Positions 16,874 to 27,344 of a stretch of DNA of 64,000 nucleotides are shown here, piece after piece (within the stretch, counting starts at the first letter, position 1; each line of letters begins with the position of its first letter). Made by a program: the position numbers and the translations under genes. Under the pieces are notes generated by a model. It did no database searches and was not told where the DNA came from. It saw nothing but the letters and a program-made list of their open reading frames with translations. Origin of the DNA: an uncultured Bacteriovoracaceae bacterium (GTDB lineage Bacteria; Bdellovibrionota; Bacteriovoracia; Bacteriovoracales; Bacteriovoracaceae). The DNA is taken from assembly GCA_964400895.1 (NCBI GenBank), contig CAYNWL010000002.1, positions 398,084 to 462,083 of the forward strand, in the 5' to 3' direction.

Positions 16874-18055
16874 TTATTTCTTTTTTCTTGCATATAGGAG
16901 AATAAAACACGCCAAAATTGCCAGCAATGACCCGGTAGTAAAAGCCGCAGGAGCTCCAAAAGTCTGCCAAATCCATCCAAATATTACACTAGATGGTAAG
17001 GCAGAAAGTCCTACTACTCCGTGGAAAAATCCAAAGGCAGTTCCTCGAGTTTTTGCAGGTACAAGGTCCGCCACAAGCGCTCTTTCGGAAGGCTCCACCA
17101 TTCCAAAAAATAATCCATATAAAAGAAAAAGGGTGATCGATGGAATCAGAGAGTCGGTAAGTGCAAATCCCAAATAGATTAAGGAAAAATAAATCCAACC
17201 GGAAATAATCATATTATTTTTTCCGAAATGATCTGCAAATTTTCCACAAAAATAGGTTGATAACATTTTAATTACATGAAGAATTGCCCAAAGAAAGGGA
17301 ATCCAGGAAATTGAAATTCCAGTTTGGGACAACTTAAGAAGCAAAAAGGCGTCCGTTGAATTTCCTAATGTGAATATAAACACTGAAAGGAGAAAAACTT
17401 TAAAATAATTGTTAAATAAGGACCAATCCTCTTTAATATTTAGGGATATTTTATCCGATCCCTCCTCAATTCTTTTTGGCTCCCTTATTCCAAAAAGAAG
17501 AATAAATACTCCAATCGTTGCCGGGATGGCGGCAAAAAGGAAAATCTTGTTTAAGGTAAATCCCAAATATCCCATTAATACGCTGGCAATCAATGGACCG
17601 ATGAATGCGCCAGCATGATCCATGGACCGGTGAATCCCATATGCAGTCCCTCTTAGTTCCTGAGAGGTCAGATCAGCAATAAGAGCATCTCTAGGAGAGG
17701 TGCGTATTCCTTTGCCTACTCTATCTGTAATTCTAAGACCTAAAACAAAATACCAAGAATTTGCTAATGCAATTAAAGGTCTAGAAATGGCAGCAATAAT
17801 GTAACCAATCAATATGAAGGGTTTTCTTTTACCAACTTTGTCGGTCCAAATTCCCGCAATTATTTTTAAAAATGAGGAAAAGGCATCAGCGGCACCTTCA
17901 ATAATCCCAATGGCAACGGGTCCTGCACCCAAATTTTGGGTAAGGAAAATGGGAAGAAGCGGATAGATCATTTCACTTGATAGATCTGTGAAAAAGCTGA
18001 CAATTCCTAAAATATAGACAGTTTTTGAAATCAAATATTTTTGGGTCTTTTGCAC
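16874..18055 (-). CDS. MFS transporter
   Basis: 393 aa and about 12 predicted TM helices, with an MFS loop motif (TDKVGKRKPF / ITDRVGKGIRTSPRDA). Confidence 0.75.
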   Translation of the reverse strand: MQKTQKYLISKTVYILGIVSFFTDLSSEMIYPLLPIFLTQNLGAGPVAIGIIEGAADAFSSFLKIIAGIWTDKVGKRKPFILIGYIIAAISRPLIALANSWYFVLGLRITDRVGKGIRTSPRDALIADLTSQELRGTAYGIHRSMDHAGAFIGPLIASVLMGYLGFTLNKIFLFAAIPATIGVFILLFGIREPKRIEEGSDKISLNIKEDWSLFNNYFKVFLLSVFIFTLGNSTDAFLLLKLSQTGISISWIPFLWAILHVIKMLSTYFCGKFADHFGKNNMIISGWIYFSLIYLGFALTDSLIPSITLFLLYGLFFGMVEPSERALVADLVPAKTRGTAFGFFHGVVGLSALPSSVIFGWIWQTFGAPAAFTTGSLLAILACFILLYARKKK

Positions 18056-18840
18056 AATGGCCTTTTACCTTCTTTTCTGGCCAATTCCATGGTCATTAAT
18101 GCTCCAGGCATTTGATGATTTAGGTTTTTTATTCGATTTTCCTCAGAGGGGTGTGTGCTTAAAAATTCAGGAGGCCCTTTTCCTCCCGAAGCCTTAATCA
18201 TATTTTCCCATAGGGTTACACTTTGTTTAGGGTCAAATCCGGCCTGGGCCATTAAATCAAGTCCTATTTGGTCCGCTTCCGATTCATGTGTTCTACTATA
18301 TGGGAGAAGGATTCCAACTTGGGCGCCAACGCCTAAAGCGGCAAGAATAAGTTGTCTGGATTCCCCGCTCATGGCCCTTCCACCAAGGTAAGCGTTAACT
18401 CCTGTCATACCAATTTGAGTTACAACGGATTGAGAAACCCTTTCAGCACCATGATGTGCCATAACGTGCCCAACTTCATGTCCTAATACGGCCGCCAGCT
18501 GGGAGTCGGTTTCGGCAACTTTTAAAATTCCAGTATGGACTCCAATTTTTCCACCAGGAAGGGCAAAAGCATTGGCGCTATTGTCTTGGAAGACAACAAC
18601 TTCCCATTCCTTAACATTTGTTTTTCCTTCTTGTGCTTTGATTATGGGATCCACTACGCATTTTACATATTTGTTTATTTCTGGGTTATTTTCTATTGGG
18701 ATTTTGGTTTTCATTTGATTAAAAGATTGAATCCCCATGGAGCTTATCTGGTTGTCAGAAATCAAAATTAATTGCTTACGGCCTGTTGGAGAGGTTGCGC
18801 ACGCAAAGAGTAGGAAGATAAAAAAGTATTTTTTTAACAT
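18031..18840 (-). CDS. M48-family zinc metallopeptidase lipoprotein
   Basis: Lipobox LLFACA, zinc motif [10 protein letters not shown], and a downstream ESEAD third-ligand block typical of M48 peptidases. Confidence 0.8.
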   Translation of the reverse strand: MLKKYFFIFLLFACATSPTGRKQLILISDNQISSMGIQSFNQMKTKIPIENNPEINKYVKCVVDPIIKAQEGKTNVKEWEVVVFQDNSANAFALPGGKIGVHTGILKVAETDSQLAAVLGHEVGHVMAHHGAERVSQSVVTQIGMTGVNAYLGGRAMSGESRQLILAALGVGAQVGILLPYSRTHESEADQIGLDLMAQAGFDPKQSVTLWENMIKASGGKGPPEFLSTHPSEENRIKNLNHQMPGALMTMELARKEGKRPLCKRPKNI

Positions 18841-19370
18841 AATATTGATTTACTCTTTTTATATAGGGAAATGGCAGCTTTAATTACCTTATACGCTTCT
18901 TTCCGATTTAAAAAATTTTCCACTAAAACTTTTTTCTTTTCTAGTGTTTTATAATCTTCAAAAAATCTTTTAACTTCTGCCATTCTATGTGGAGGAAGCT
19001 CCTCAATATTTTCGTAATGGCTATATTCAGGATCATTGGCATGGACAGCAATGATTTTGTCATCCTCTTCCCCCTGATCAACCATTTTCATAACCCCAAT
19101 TGGTTTGGCCAAAATAATACTCAATGGAACTACCGATTCCTGGCCTAATACTAAAATATCAAGGGGATCTTTATCATCACAATAAGTCTGGGGAATGAAA
19201 CCGTAATTTGCTGGGTAATGAACCGAGCTAAATAAGATTCGATCCACTTTTATAAGACCAGAATTCTTATCTAGTTCATATTTTACTTTGCTGCCTTTGG
19301 GTACTTCGATTATGGCTCGAAGGAGTTGAGGTATTTCTTTTCCGGGGTTTACATCATGCCAGGGATTCAT
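18834..19370 (-). CDS. ppa: inorganic pyrophosphatase (family I)
   Basis: 178 aa with [19 protein letters not shown] and DDKIIAV blocks. Confidence 0.9.
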   Translation of the reverse strand: MNPWHDVNPGKEIPQLLRAIIEVPKGSKVKYELDKNSGLIKVDRILFSSVHYPANYGFIPQTYCDDKDPLDILVLGQESVVPLSIILAKPIGVMKMVDQGEEDDKIIAVHANDPEYSHYENIEELPPHRMAEVKRFFEDYKTLEKKKVLVENFLNRKEAYKVIKAAISLYKKSKSILC

Positions 19371-19643
19371 TAACTTTCCTTTATTGATAGACCTTAACCT
19401 TTTTTTGGAAAAGGTGGCAAAAAATGGCCCAAAACTTTTTATTGAATAATTTTAGGTTCATTTTGTCCTCAGATTGAGTAATCTTATCGGTCCCATAGGT
19501 ATTTTTTAAAAAATAATGCAAAAAGTCATTTTAAAATTTAAACCTAATGCGTGGAAAAATTGATGCCAAATAAAAGCCAATATGGGAAATTTGTTTAATA
19601 AATAAGGATTTTAAGCTTGCGCTTGCAGTCATGAGGGCCATCT

Positions 19644-22600
19644 GTGAGATTAAAAAGACTAATTGTTCAGGGATTTAAATCATTTAAAGACAGAACCACG
19701 ATTCATTTTGAGGATGGGATTACTGGAATTGTAGGTCCTAATGGATGTGGTAAGTCTAATGTGGTCGATGCCATTTTTTGGGTAATGGGGGAACAATCGG
19801 CAAAACACCTGCGTGGAAACTCAATGCAGGATGTAATTTTCTCTGGGTCTGAAAAATATAAGCCTGCTTCCTGGGCAGAAGTAACTTTAGTTTTAGATAA
19901 CAAAGAACTTAAGCATATTCACATTGGAAATTCCGTTACAAACCCCTCAGAAATTCAATTAACAAGAAAGCTTTATAGAAATGGGGAAAGTGATTTTCGG
20001 ATCAATGATATTCCCTGCAGGCTTAAAGATATCCAAGAAGTATTTATGGACACGGGCGCTGGCGCCAAGTCCTATTCTGTTATCGCCCAGGGGGAAATAA
20101 ATAAGCTTGTCCAAGCAAAACCTCATGAACTTAGGACAATGATAGAAGAAGTTGCGGGTATTACAAAATTTAAACTAAGAAAAAAAGAATCACTTAGAAA
20201 AATTGAACAAACACAGCTTAATCTAAACCGTCTTTCAGATATCAAAACAGAAATTGAAGGGAATTTAAATTCCCTGGAAAAACAATCTGAGAAAGCACTA
20301 AAAGCTCGTTCACTTAAAGAAAAAATAAAAAATAGCGAACTTTTGGTTTTTACCAACAAGGTGGTTAACCTTTTAAAAGATTATAAAGAAGGAAAGGAAT
20401 TTAAAATTTCCGAAAAGGCAGCCATTGAAGGAAATAAAACAAAACTTGAAACCAATAAAATTGAAAAGGATAAATTCAAGCTTGAAAAAGAGAATTTGGT
20501 AGAAAAAATAAATGAATTTCAGGAAGATTATAACAGGCTTTCCCGGGAATTGGCAGCAAAAGAGGAAAGATATAAAAACCTAAAAGAAAAAAAGAAAGAA
20601 AGAGAAGATGGCATCATTTATAAAAATGCAGAAGCTTTGGAAACAAAACAAGAAAGAGATGACAGGCAATTAAAACTAAACCTGGCAGAAACCGATCTTT
20701 CTAAATTAAATGATTTAAGTAACAAGAATTACGACTTAGGCCAACTTGAAAAAAATTTGGCAAATTTAAAATCGGATCTAGATCTTAAAAAAGAAACCCA
20801 TAATTTGGTACAAAAAGATATTAGGGAAAAATCTGATAGACTAAATTTCCTTGAAAGAGAAAAAATTAAAATTGATTCCTCACTTGAGGAGTTCTCCCGT
20901 CAATTGCAATCGATTGCCAAGGAAAAGGAAGAGCTTGAATCAAAACACTCAAGTTTTTCAGGTGAAATTTCCCTAGACAGAGATAAAACCAATGAGGCCC
21001 AAGATAGATATTTAAGTCTAGAAAAAGAAGAGCTTTCTCTAAAAGAAAAAATAAAAGAATTAGAAGAGAAATTCCTGAAATCTGAAGATAGTTTCAAAAA
21101 AATTGATAAAGAAGTAACTGAGCTTGAATCAATTGAAAAATCTCTAAAGGCCCTCAATGATTCTTTTGAAGGATTTAAAGAGGGGACTGGACTCTTTTTA
21201 AAATCAAAATATGCTAAAGATTCTTTACCAATAGGAAATTTAATCCAATGTTCTGAAAAATATACCAAAGCATTGGAATCCCTAATCATTGATATTTCCC
21301 AGACGATTTGGGAAAAGGATATGGATATCCAACGTGTATTTAATTGGTTTGAAGAAAATAAAAATCAGGGAATTGATTTATTAATTGATATAAATTCAGG
21401 ACTTGATAACATGGATCATCACTTTGATGAAATCCATTCAGTATTAGATATTGCCAAAATTCAGTCACCAGAGTTGATAAATCTCTTTAATGGAATGTAT
21501 ATCGTTCCTACCTTGACGGCAAAGGATGTCAAAAATCTTTCCGGAAAGAAATTCAAGGCGATCTGTTCATTGGATGGGGAGATCCTCGTGAAAAATACTC
21601 CTCAGGGAATGATGTTATGCATGGGTCCCCAAAGAGGAGAATCCGTTGCACTTATTGAGAGAAATAACCGGATTTCTCAAATAGGGGAAAACTTAAAGCT
21701 TAAAAAAGAAGATTTTATCCGAATTCGGGAAAAATACACTTCGATTAAAAACGATTTGCAAGCAAATAGGGATAATTGGGAGAAAATGAGGACACAGTTG
21801 GTTGAGGCCAAAGTAGAATATGCAGGAAAATTTTCTTCCCTTGAAACCAAAGTAAAAAATAACGAAACCAATAAATCTAGGTTTGAAATCCTAAAAAATA
21901 ATGAGGTAAAGATCTCTGGCTTAAGGCTTTCCCATCTAGAGACCCAGGAAAAACAAAGAAAAGATATTGAGAACACCAAAAAGGAATTAGATGTTCTTGC
22001 CCTTAATTTCAAAAACCTTGAAAATGACCTAACCAAAACCGCTAGTAATTATGAAGAGGAAAAAAATAAATTTTATGAAATCAAGGTAGCATTGGGAACA
22101 TTCCAGGAAAGAAATAAAACACTTAACTCCCAGATAGAAGATCTCAAAAAGCAGATACAAAAATTGGATTCTAGGCTTGAAAGTTGTTATTCTTCAGTGA
22201 ATGAATTTAATACCACCGTAGCTTCCCTTTCAGATGAAATCGAATTACTTGAAAAAGAAAATAAGGAGATTGCTCAAATTCTAAAGGATAAGGAGGATGT
22301 CCTAGGTATAAGAAAAGATGAAGTTGAAGAAATTGAGAGGGCCATATCCAAATTAGACAAAGAAATAAATTCCCTGACAGTAAAAATTAATAATGGGGAA
22401 AAAGAACTTGCCCAAATGGATGTTAAATTGGAGCAGTATATCTCAGAGGAATTTGAACTGACCAAAAATACTTTTGAAAAGCATCAGGTTAATGCAAGGG
22501 ATGTGGCAAAAGGATTTTTAAATCTAAATGATGAACAATGCCTAGAACTAAAGGATATTTCTGCCATCTTTTTTATGGAAAGCGAAAATGGTCCGGTTGA

Positions 22601-23291
22601 AATTAAAACTGAATTCTATGAATTCACCAAAAAGTATCCTAATGAATTAAAAGAAATCGAAAGCAAATTAAATGGTTATCGAAGAGAATTTAATAATTTG
22701 GGAGACATCAATTGGCAGGCCATCGGGGAATATGAAAAGCAAAAAGTGAGATTTGATTTTCTTAAAAATCAGGAAGCAGAGCTCATTAATTCTATGGAAG
22801 ACCTCAGATCGGCAATCGGCCATATTGATCAAAAATCAAGAGAACGGTTTGAGCTTGCTTATCGGGAAGTCGCCGATAAATTTGGAAGAATCTTCCCCAT
22901 AGTTTTTGGTGGTGGGCATGGAGAGTTGAGATTAGTTGGAAATATTGATGATCCGGAGTGTGGAGTGGACATTTTCGCCCAGCCAATGGGTAAGAAAACC
23001 CAAAATATATCCCTTATGTCAGGGGGTGAAAAAGCGCTTACAGCGGTCTCATTATTATTTGCAATATTTTTAATTAAACCATCCCCATTTGTACTACTAG
23101 ATGAGGTGGATGCTCCACTGGATGAGGCGAATGTTGGAAGGTTTAACGAGTTACTAAAAGAGTTAAGTAACCAATCCCAGTTTATTTTGATCACACATAA
23201 TAAAAAGACGATGTCATTAAATGACACTCTCTATGGGATTACGATGCAGGAGCCAGGGGTTTCAAAATGCGTATCAGTTCAGCTTCAATAA
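19644..23291 (+). CDS. smc: chromosome segregation protein SMC
   Basis: 1215 aa. N-terminal Walker A GPNGCGKSN, long coiled coils with a central hinge, C-terminal LSGGEKALTA and Walker B LLDEVDAPLD. GTG start. Confidence 0.9.
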   Translation: MRLKRLIVQGFKSFKDRTTIHFEDGITGIVGPNGCGKSNVVDAIFWVMGEQSAKHLRGNSMQDVIFSGSEKYKPASWAEVTLVLDNKELKHIHIGNSVTNPSEIQLTRKLYRNGESDFRINDIPCRLKDIQEVFMDTGAGAKSYSVIAQGEINKLVQAKPHELRTMIEEVAGITKFKLRKKESLRKIEQTQLNLNRLSDIKTEIEGNLNSLEKQSEKALKARSLKEKIKNSELLVFTNKVVNLLKDYKEGKEFKISEKAAIEGNKTKLETNKIEKDKFKLEKENLVEKINEFQEDYNRLSRELAAKEERYKNLKEKKKEREDGIIYKNAEALETKQERDDRQLKLNLAETDLSKLNDLSNKNYDLGQLEKNLANLKSDLDLKKETHNLVQKDIREKSDRLNFLEREKIKIDSSLEEFSRQLQSIAKEKEELESKHSSFSGEISLDRDKTNEAQDRYLSLEKEELSLKEKIKELEEKFLKSEDSFKKIDKEVTELESIEKSLKALNDSFEGFKEGTGLFLKSKYAKDSLPIGNLIQCSEKYTKALESLIIDISQTIWEKDMDIQRVFNWFEENKNQGIDLLIDINSGLDNMDHHFDEIHSVLDIAKIQSPELINLFNGMYIVPTLTAKDVKNLSGKKFKAICSLDGEILVKNTPQGMMLCMGPQRGESVALIERNNRISQIGENLKLKKEDFIRIREKYTSIKNDLQANRDNWEKMRTQLVEAKVEYAGKFSSLETKVKNNETNKSRFEILKNNEVKISGLRLSHLETQEKQRKDIENTKKELDVLALNFKNLENDLTKTASNYEEEKNKFYEIKVALGTFQERNKTLNSQIEDLKKQIQKLDSRLESCYSSVNEFNTTVASLSDEIELLEKENKEIAQILKDKEDVLGIRKDEVEEIERAISKLDKEINSLTVKINNGEKELAQMDVKLEQYISEEFELTKNTFEKHQVNARDVAKGFLNLNDEQCLELKDISAIFFMESENGPVEIKTEFYEFTKKYPNELKEIESKLNGYRREFNNLGDINWQAIGEYEKQKVRFDFLKNQEAELINSMEDLRSAIGHIDQKSRERFELAYREVADKFGRIFPIVFGGGHGELRLVGNIDDPECGVDIFAQPMGKKTQNISLMSGGEKALTAVSLLFAIFLIKPSPFVLLDEVDAPLDEANVGRFNELLKELSNQSQFILITHNKKTMSLNDTLYGITMQEPGVSKCVSVQLQ

Positions 23292-23881
23292 TTTTCCTGC
23301 TTTTTTCAATGGTAGGCTATGCTAGCAATTCCTTTCTGCCAGAGACCTTTTCTGCGAAATTTGAGCAGGTTTACCTAAGTTCCCTTACCAAAAAAGAAAA
23401 AAGATCCTTTGGGGTTTTGGACTATAAATTTCCTGGAAATATCCGTTTTGAGGTTGAAAAACCCAATAATATTCTTTTTATATCCAACAATAAAACAAAT
23501 TGGATCTACAGACCCCCCTTTATTGAAGGGGAACGTGGTGAGTTGACAATTAAAAGGTCCGAGGAGATCGGATTATCCGGCCTTTTGGATACCTTAAACC
23601 AAGGGCTTTCCAATAATCCTCAATTTAAAATCGAAAAAACTGGCAATAAAGTTAAAATGTTATTTAATCCAAAGACTGTAGATAAAATCGGACTTAAGGA
23701 AGGGCTCTTGGTTTTTAAAGAGGGCGCCAAGGAAGACTTTAACACTATTGAAGAAATAGAAATCACATATCCGGATAAAAAGAAGGTTTCTTTTAAATTA
23801 TCTCAAATTAATCCAAAGGTAAGCTTTGGGGCAGATCATTTTAATTTTGAACCTCCAAAAAATACGAATGTCACACCTTAA
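23267..23881 (+). CDS. LolA-like outer-membrane lipoprotein carrier protein
   Basis: Signal peptide, then the LolA-like pattern FSAKFEQVY...GVLDYKFPGNIRFEV...NKTNWIYRPPF. Confidence 0.6.
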   Translation: MRISSASIIFLLFSMVGYASNSFLPETFSAKFEQVYLSSLTKKEKRSFGVLDYKFPGNIRFEVEKPNNILFISNNKTNWIYRPPFIEGERGELTIKRSEEIGLSGLLDTLNQGLSNNPQFKIEKTGNKVKMLFNPKTVDKIGLKEGLLVFKEGAKEDFNTIEEIEITYPDKKKVSFKLSQINPKVSFGADHFNFEPPKNTNVTP

Positions 23882-25662
23882 ATTGAATTAAAGAAATTAT
23901 CTGGAAAAATGAATTTTTCTTTGGCTTCAAGGCGTTTATACAGAAAATAATTCCGGGTAACTAGTTTTATGAAATTTTGAGTTTCTTCATAGGGGATTAA
24001 TTCTATATATTCTAGATGGTCACCATTAAAGCGTTCCTTCTTCCAAACTTCAACTGACTTATAGCTTGCATTATAGGAACTCACAATTGATACATAATCA
24101 TTTTCAAACCTGGTAATAAGATCTTTGATTACGGCGGTCCCAAGTTCAAAGTTAATTTTTGGATTATAAAGATCGCTGGCCGTTTCATACTTGATTTTAA
24201 ATTCTTGGGCCATTTTTTTTGCCATCTCAGGGGTAACTTGCATTATCCCGAATGCGTCCGCTAAAGATCTGGCATTTTCATCAAATCCTGATTCTTGTCT
24301 TGCTATCGAGTAAATTAGAGATTCCTGAATTGAAAATTTTGATGAAATTTCCTTAACTTCCTTTTCCAGGGGTCTTGGGAAGACAAAACTTAGGAACGTT
24401 TGGTGAAGGGAAAATCGTTCTAATGGGTCTATTTTATTAAAATAATTTATAACTTCTTTATACCAATTTATCCTGAAGTAAAGGCCAATTATTTCTTCCG
24501 GATCTTTAATTGTTTTAACATAATCAATTAAAAAATTTTTAGAAGTTTTTAATTCACCCATTGCATAAAGCCATTCTAGTTCTGGGATTATGGATTTAGG
24601 GGAGAATTCTTTTCTTTTAATGGGAGTGAATGGAATTTTTAATTCCTTTTGAGAAAGAACCCCATAATAACTATAGGGATTTTCTTTTAGAATTTCATTT
24701 ATTTCTTTTTTATATTTTGGAATGTTATTTAATTTTTTGTAGGAGATGGCCTTCCAATATTTTATTTTTAGTTTTAAATGGTAATTTTCAGTTATATTTT
24801 CATACCGGTCAAAATAAAAAATAGCTTTTTTAAAATCTTTTAGTAAATAATAATTCCACCCGATTGCCCAGTTCACTTTATCTTTAAGATTTAAATCGGT
24901 GATATTTTTTGAGGAGGCAAGTTCCAGCCACTTTATAACTGGGTCAAAATCTTTTTTTTCCAAGGCCATCATGGCCAATACCCAATATGCCTCAGCAAGG
25001 TAATTTTGATTTGGAAATTTCGATTTAATAACCTGGGTCAAAATTTTTTCCCCTTCACTTCTCCTATGTTCTGTCCATTCGGCACGGGCCAGGTCAACTT
25101 GGCATCTGGCCAGGGCATCCAATATCTCATTTGATGGATTTAATCTTTTTAACCATCTTTCTTGTTCTTTAATTTTTTCAATAAATTTTGAGAGTTTTCT
25201 TTCTTTCTTATAAGAAAGGGCCAATTGATTAAAGGCCAAAACCTTTTCTTTAAAGGAAAATTCTTTTTCATCTATAACTTTTCGGTAAATGGATCTTGCC
25301 TTTTCAAAGTTTCTCACCCTTTCAAAATCCAAACCAGCTGAAAAAATATTCTCTTTTAAATCAGAGGGGGAAAACCTAGGGGAAACCTTATAAAGCATTT
25401 CCAGGTACTCAGGTCTTTTATCCCATTTGATTGCCTCTAATAGGAACGCTTCTTTTTCCTGACGGTTAGGAGCGAATTGGGAAAGTCTGGCCTTAAAATA
25501 GGCCATTTTTGGATAATTTTTAATCCGTTCAGCTTGAATTAACGAAGCTTCAAAATAATCTTCCAAGGCCCATTTTGGAATGTTCTTTTCCTCATTTTCC
25601 CAAATGGAACTTAACTGATCCTCGCTAAAATCACATGTTTTTATAGCATTGATAAATGCCAT
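23878..25662 (-). CDS. soluble lytic murein transglycosylase (Slt70-like); true 5' end probably upstream
   Basis: C-terminal SLT domain (ARQESGFDENARSLADAFGIMQVTP) preceded by a superhelical repeat region. The frame stays open upstream to 25875 and encodes a signal peptide there (see findings). Confidence 0.8.
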   Translation of the reverse strand: MAFINAIKTCDFSEDQLSSIWENEEKNIPKWALEDYFEASLIQAERIKNYPKMAYFKARLSQFAPNRQEKEAFLLEAIKWDKRPEYLEMLYKVSPRFSPSDLKENIFSAGLDFERVRNFEKARSIYRKVIDEKEFSFKEKVLAFNQLALSYKKERKLSKFIEKIKEQERWLKRLNPSNEILDALARCQVDLARAEWTEHRRSEGEKILTQVIKSKFPNQNYLAEAYWVLAMMALEKKDFDPVIKWLELASSKNITDLNLKDKVNWAIGWNYYLLKDFKKAIFYFDRYENITENYHLKLKIKYWKAISYKKLNNIPKYKKEINEILKENPYSYYGVLSQKELKIPFTPIKRKEFSPKSIIPELEWLYAMGELKTSKNFLIDYVKTIKDPEEIIGLYFRINWYKEVINYFNKIDPLERFSLHQTFLSFVFPRPLEKEVKEISSKFSIQESLIYSIARQESGFDENARSLADAFGIMQVTPEMAKKMAQEFKIKYETASDLYNPKINFELGTAVIKDLITRFENDYVSIVSSYNASYKSVEVWKKERFNGDHLEYIELIPYEETQNFIKLVTRNYFLYKRLEAKEKFIFPDNFFNSI

Positions 25663-25991
25663 ATTTTTTAAAGGAAATTCATTTTCTTTTGAAAGAGAAA
25701 GGAAGTTTTCACATCTTCCTAAGAGGTATTTTTTTGCCCAAATTACTTTTTTTTCCTGAAGATTTAATTCCTTTCCAAAAGAAATTGCTTCCCTTATCTC
25801 CTCAACTTTTTTAGGGGAAGGAGGAAGTATGGAGGCCCAAGCGGAAATAGAGTAAAGGAGAATAAAGATTTTTATTTAAAGGTCCTTGGTTAAGTATCTA
25901 AAATTACTGATATTTTATAATTCTTTGGGATTTATTACAACTTTAAAAAACTTTCTGGATTAAGACCCTATTTTATTATAATTTTCCCCGG

Positions 25992-27344
25992 ATGAAATTG
26001 GATAAAAAGACCGTTTATTTCACCTCTTTGGGGTGCTCAAAAAATCTTGTAGATTCAGAGGTTATGCTGGGTCATTTAGGCTTAGGCGGCTTTCAGATGG
26101 TTACAGAACCTGAGAAAGCTGAAGTAATAATCACCAATACCTGTTCGTTTATTGAAGCTTCAAAAGTTGAATCAATAGATACCATTTTGGAAATGGCAGA
26201 GTATAAGGAAAAAGGAGTTTGTAAGGCCCTGGTAGTTTCCGGTTGTCTTGCCCAGAGGTATTCAAAAAATCTGGAGTCCGAACTTCCTGAAGTTGATTTG
26301 ATTATTGGAACTGGAGAATACAACAAAATTGTAACTTTGCTAAAGGCTTTTGAGGAAGGGAAACTTGAGGCGAAATCCCATGTGGAAATTCCCAAGTTTA
26401 TTCACACTGAATTTGATCCTAGAATCAACACTTCCCCTTTTTATACCGCATATTTAAAAATTTCTGAAGGCTGCAATCGAAACTGTACCTTTTGTATTAT
26501 TCCCACAATCCGAGGAAGACTCCGATCAAGAACCGTTGAATCATTGGTTGCCGAGGCAAAAAATCTGGCCAAGACGGGAGTAAAAGAGCTTAATTTGATC
26601 TCTCAAGATCTTTCCGATTACGGCGTGGATTTAAAAGATAATACTTTGCTTGATCTTCTAACAGGTTTAGAAGCAGTAGAAGGAATTGAGTGGATAAGGT
26701 TATTTTATTTTTATCCTGATGATTTAACCGAACCAGTAATGGAAAAAATCGCCACTTCCAAGAAAATCTGCAAATACCTGGATATGCCAGTTCAACATTT
26801 CTCCGATTCAGTGTTAAAAAGAATGAACAGGAGAATTACGGGTGATGAAATATTGGCCAAGGTTAAAAGCCTTAAGGAAAAAATTCCCGGAATGATTATC
26901 AGAACCTCCATCATTGTGGGGTTTCCCGGTGAGACTGAAGAAGATTTCCAAAAAGTACTTGAAGGAGTGGAAGCTTGCCAGTTTAATCATTTAGGAATTT
27001 TTAGATATTCCGACGAAGATGGGACTCCAGCTTTCAAACTAGGACCAAAGGTTCCTCAAGAAATAATTGAAGAAAGATTTGATCGCCTACACAAGGCCCA
27101 GAAAAAAATAGTTAAGGAACTAAATAGAAAAGTCATCGGTCAAACCGTTGATGTATTGATAGAAGGACTTCATGAAGAGACTGAACTTTTAATCCAAGGA
27201 AGATTTGAAGGCCAGGCTCCTGATATCGACGGAAAAGTTTTTATCAATGACACCAAAAATAGGCCCTTAAGTGAGGGACAAATGGTGAAGGTCAAAATCC
27301 AAAAAGTAATGGATTATGACCTTCTCGGTGAAATTTCTTTATAA
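25992..27344 (+). CDS. rimO: ribosomal protein S12 methylthiotransferase
   Basis: N-terminal SLGCSKNLVDSE, radical-SAM CNRNCTFC, C-terminal TRAM domain. 450 aa. Confidence 0.8.
   Translation: MKLDKKTVYFTSLGCSKNLVDSEVMLGHLGLGGFQMVTEPEKAEVIITNTCSFIEASKVESIDTILEMAEYKEKGVCKALVVSGCLAQRYSKNLESELPEVDLIIGTGEYNKIVTLLKAFEEGKLEAKSHVEIPKFIHTEFDPRINTSPFYTAYLKISEGCNRNCTFCIIPTIRGRLRSRTVESLVAEAKNLAKTGVKELNLISQDLSDYGVDLKDNTLLDLLTGLEAVEGIEWIRLFYFYPDDLTEPVMEKIATSKKICKYLDMPVQHFSDSVLKRMNRRITGDEILAKVKSLKEKIPGMIIRTSIIVGFPGETEEDFQKVLEGVEACQFNHLGIFRYSDEDGTPAFKLGPKVPQEIIEERFDRLHKAQKKIVKELNRKVIGQTVDVLIEGLHEETELLIQGRFEGQAPDIDGKVFINDTKNRPLSEGQMVKVKIQKVMDYDLLGEISL

Noticed and set aside
16794-17177. 127-aa plus-strand ORF spanning the ClC/MFS gene boundary
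   Set aside because: It is antisense to two well-supported membrane-protein genes, and its composition is typical of a shadow ORF.
20123-23227. Several 60-130-aa minus-strand ORFs inside smc (20123..20359, 20900..21289, 21677..22036, 22274..22465, 22859..23227)
   Set aside because: These are Ser/Phe/Leu-rich shadow frames, generated antisense to the Lys/Glu-rich (AAA/GAA) coiled-coil coding sequence. They have no independent signals.
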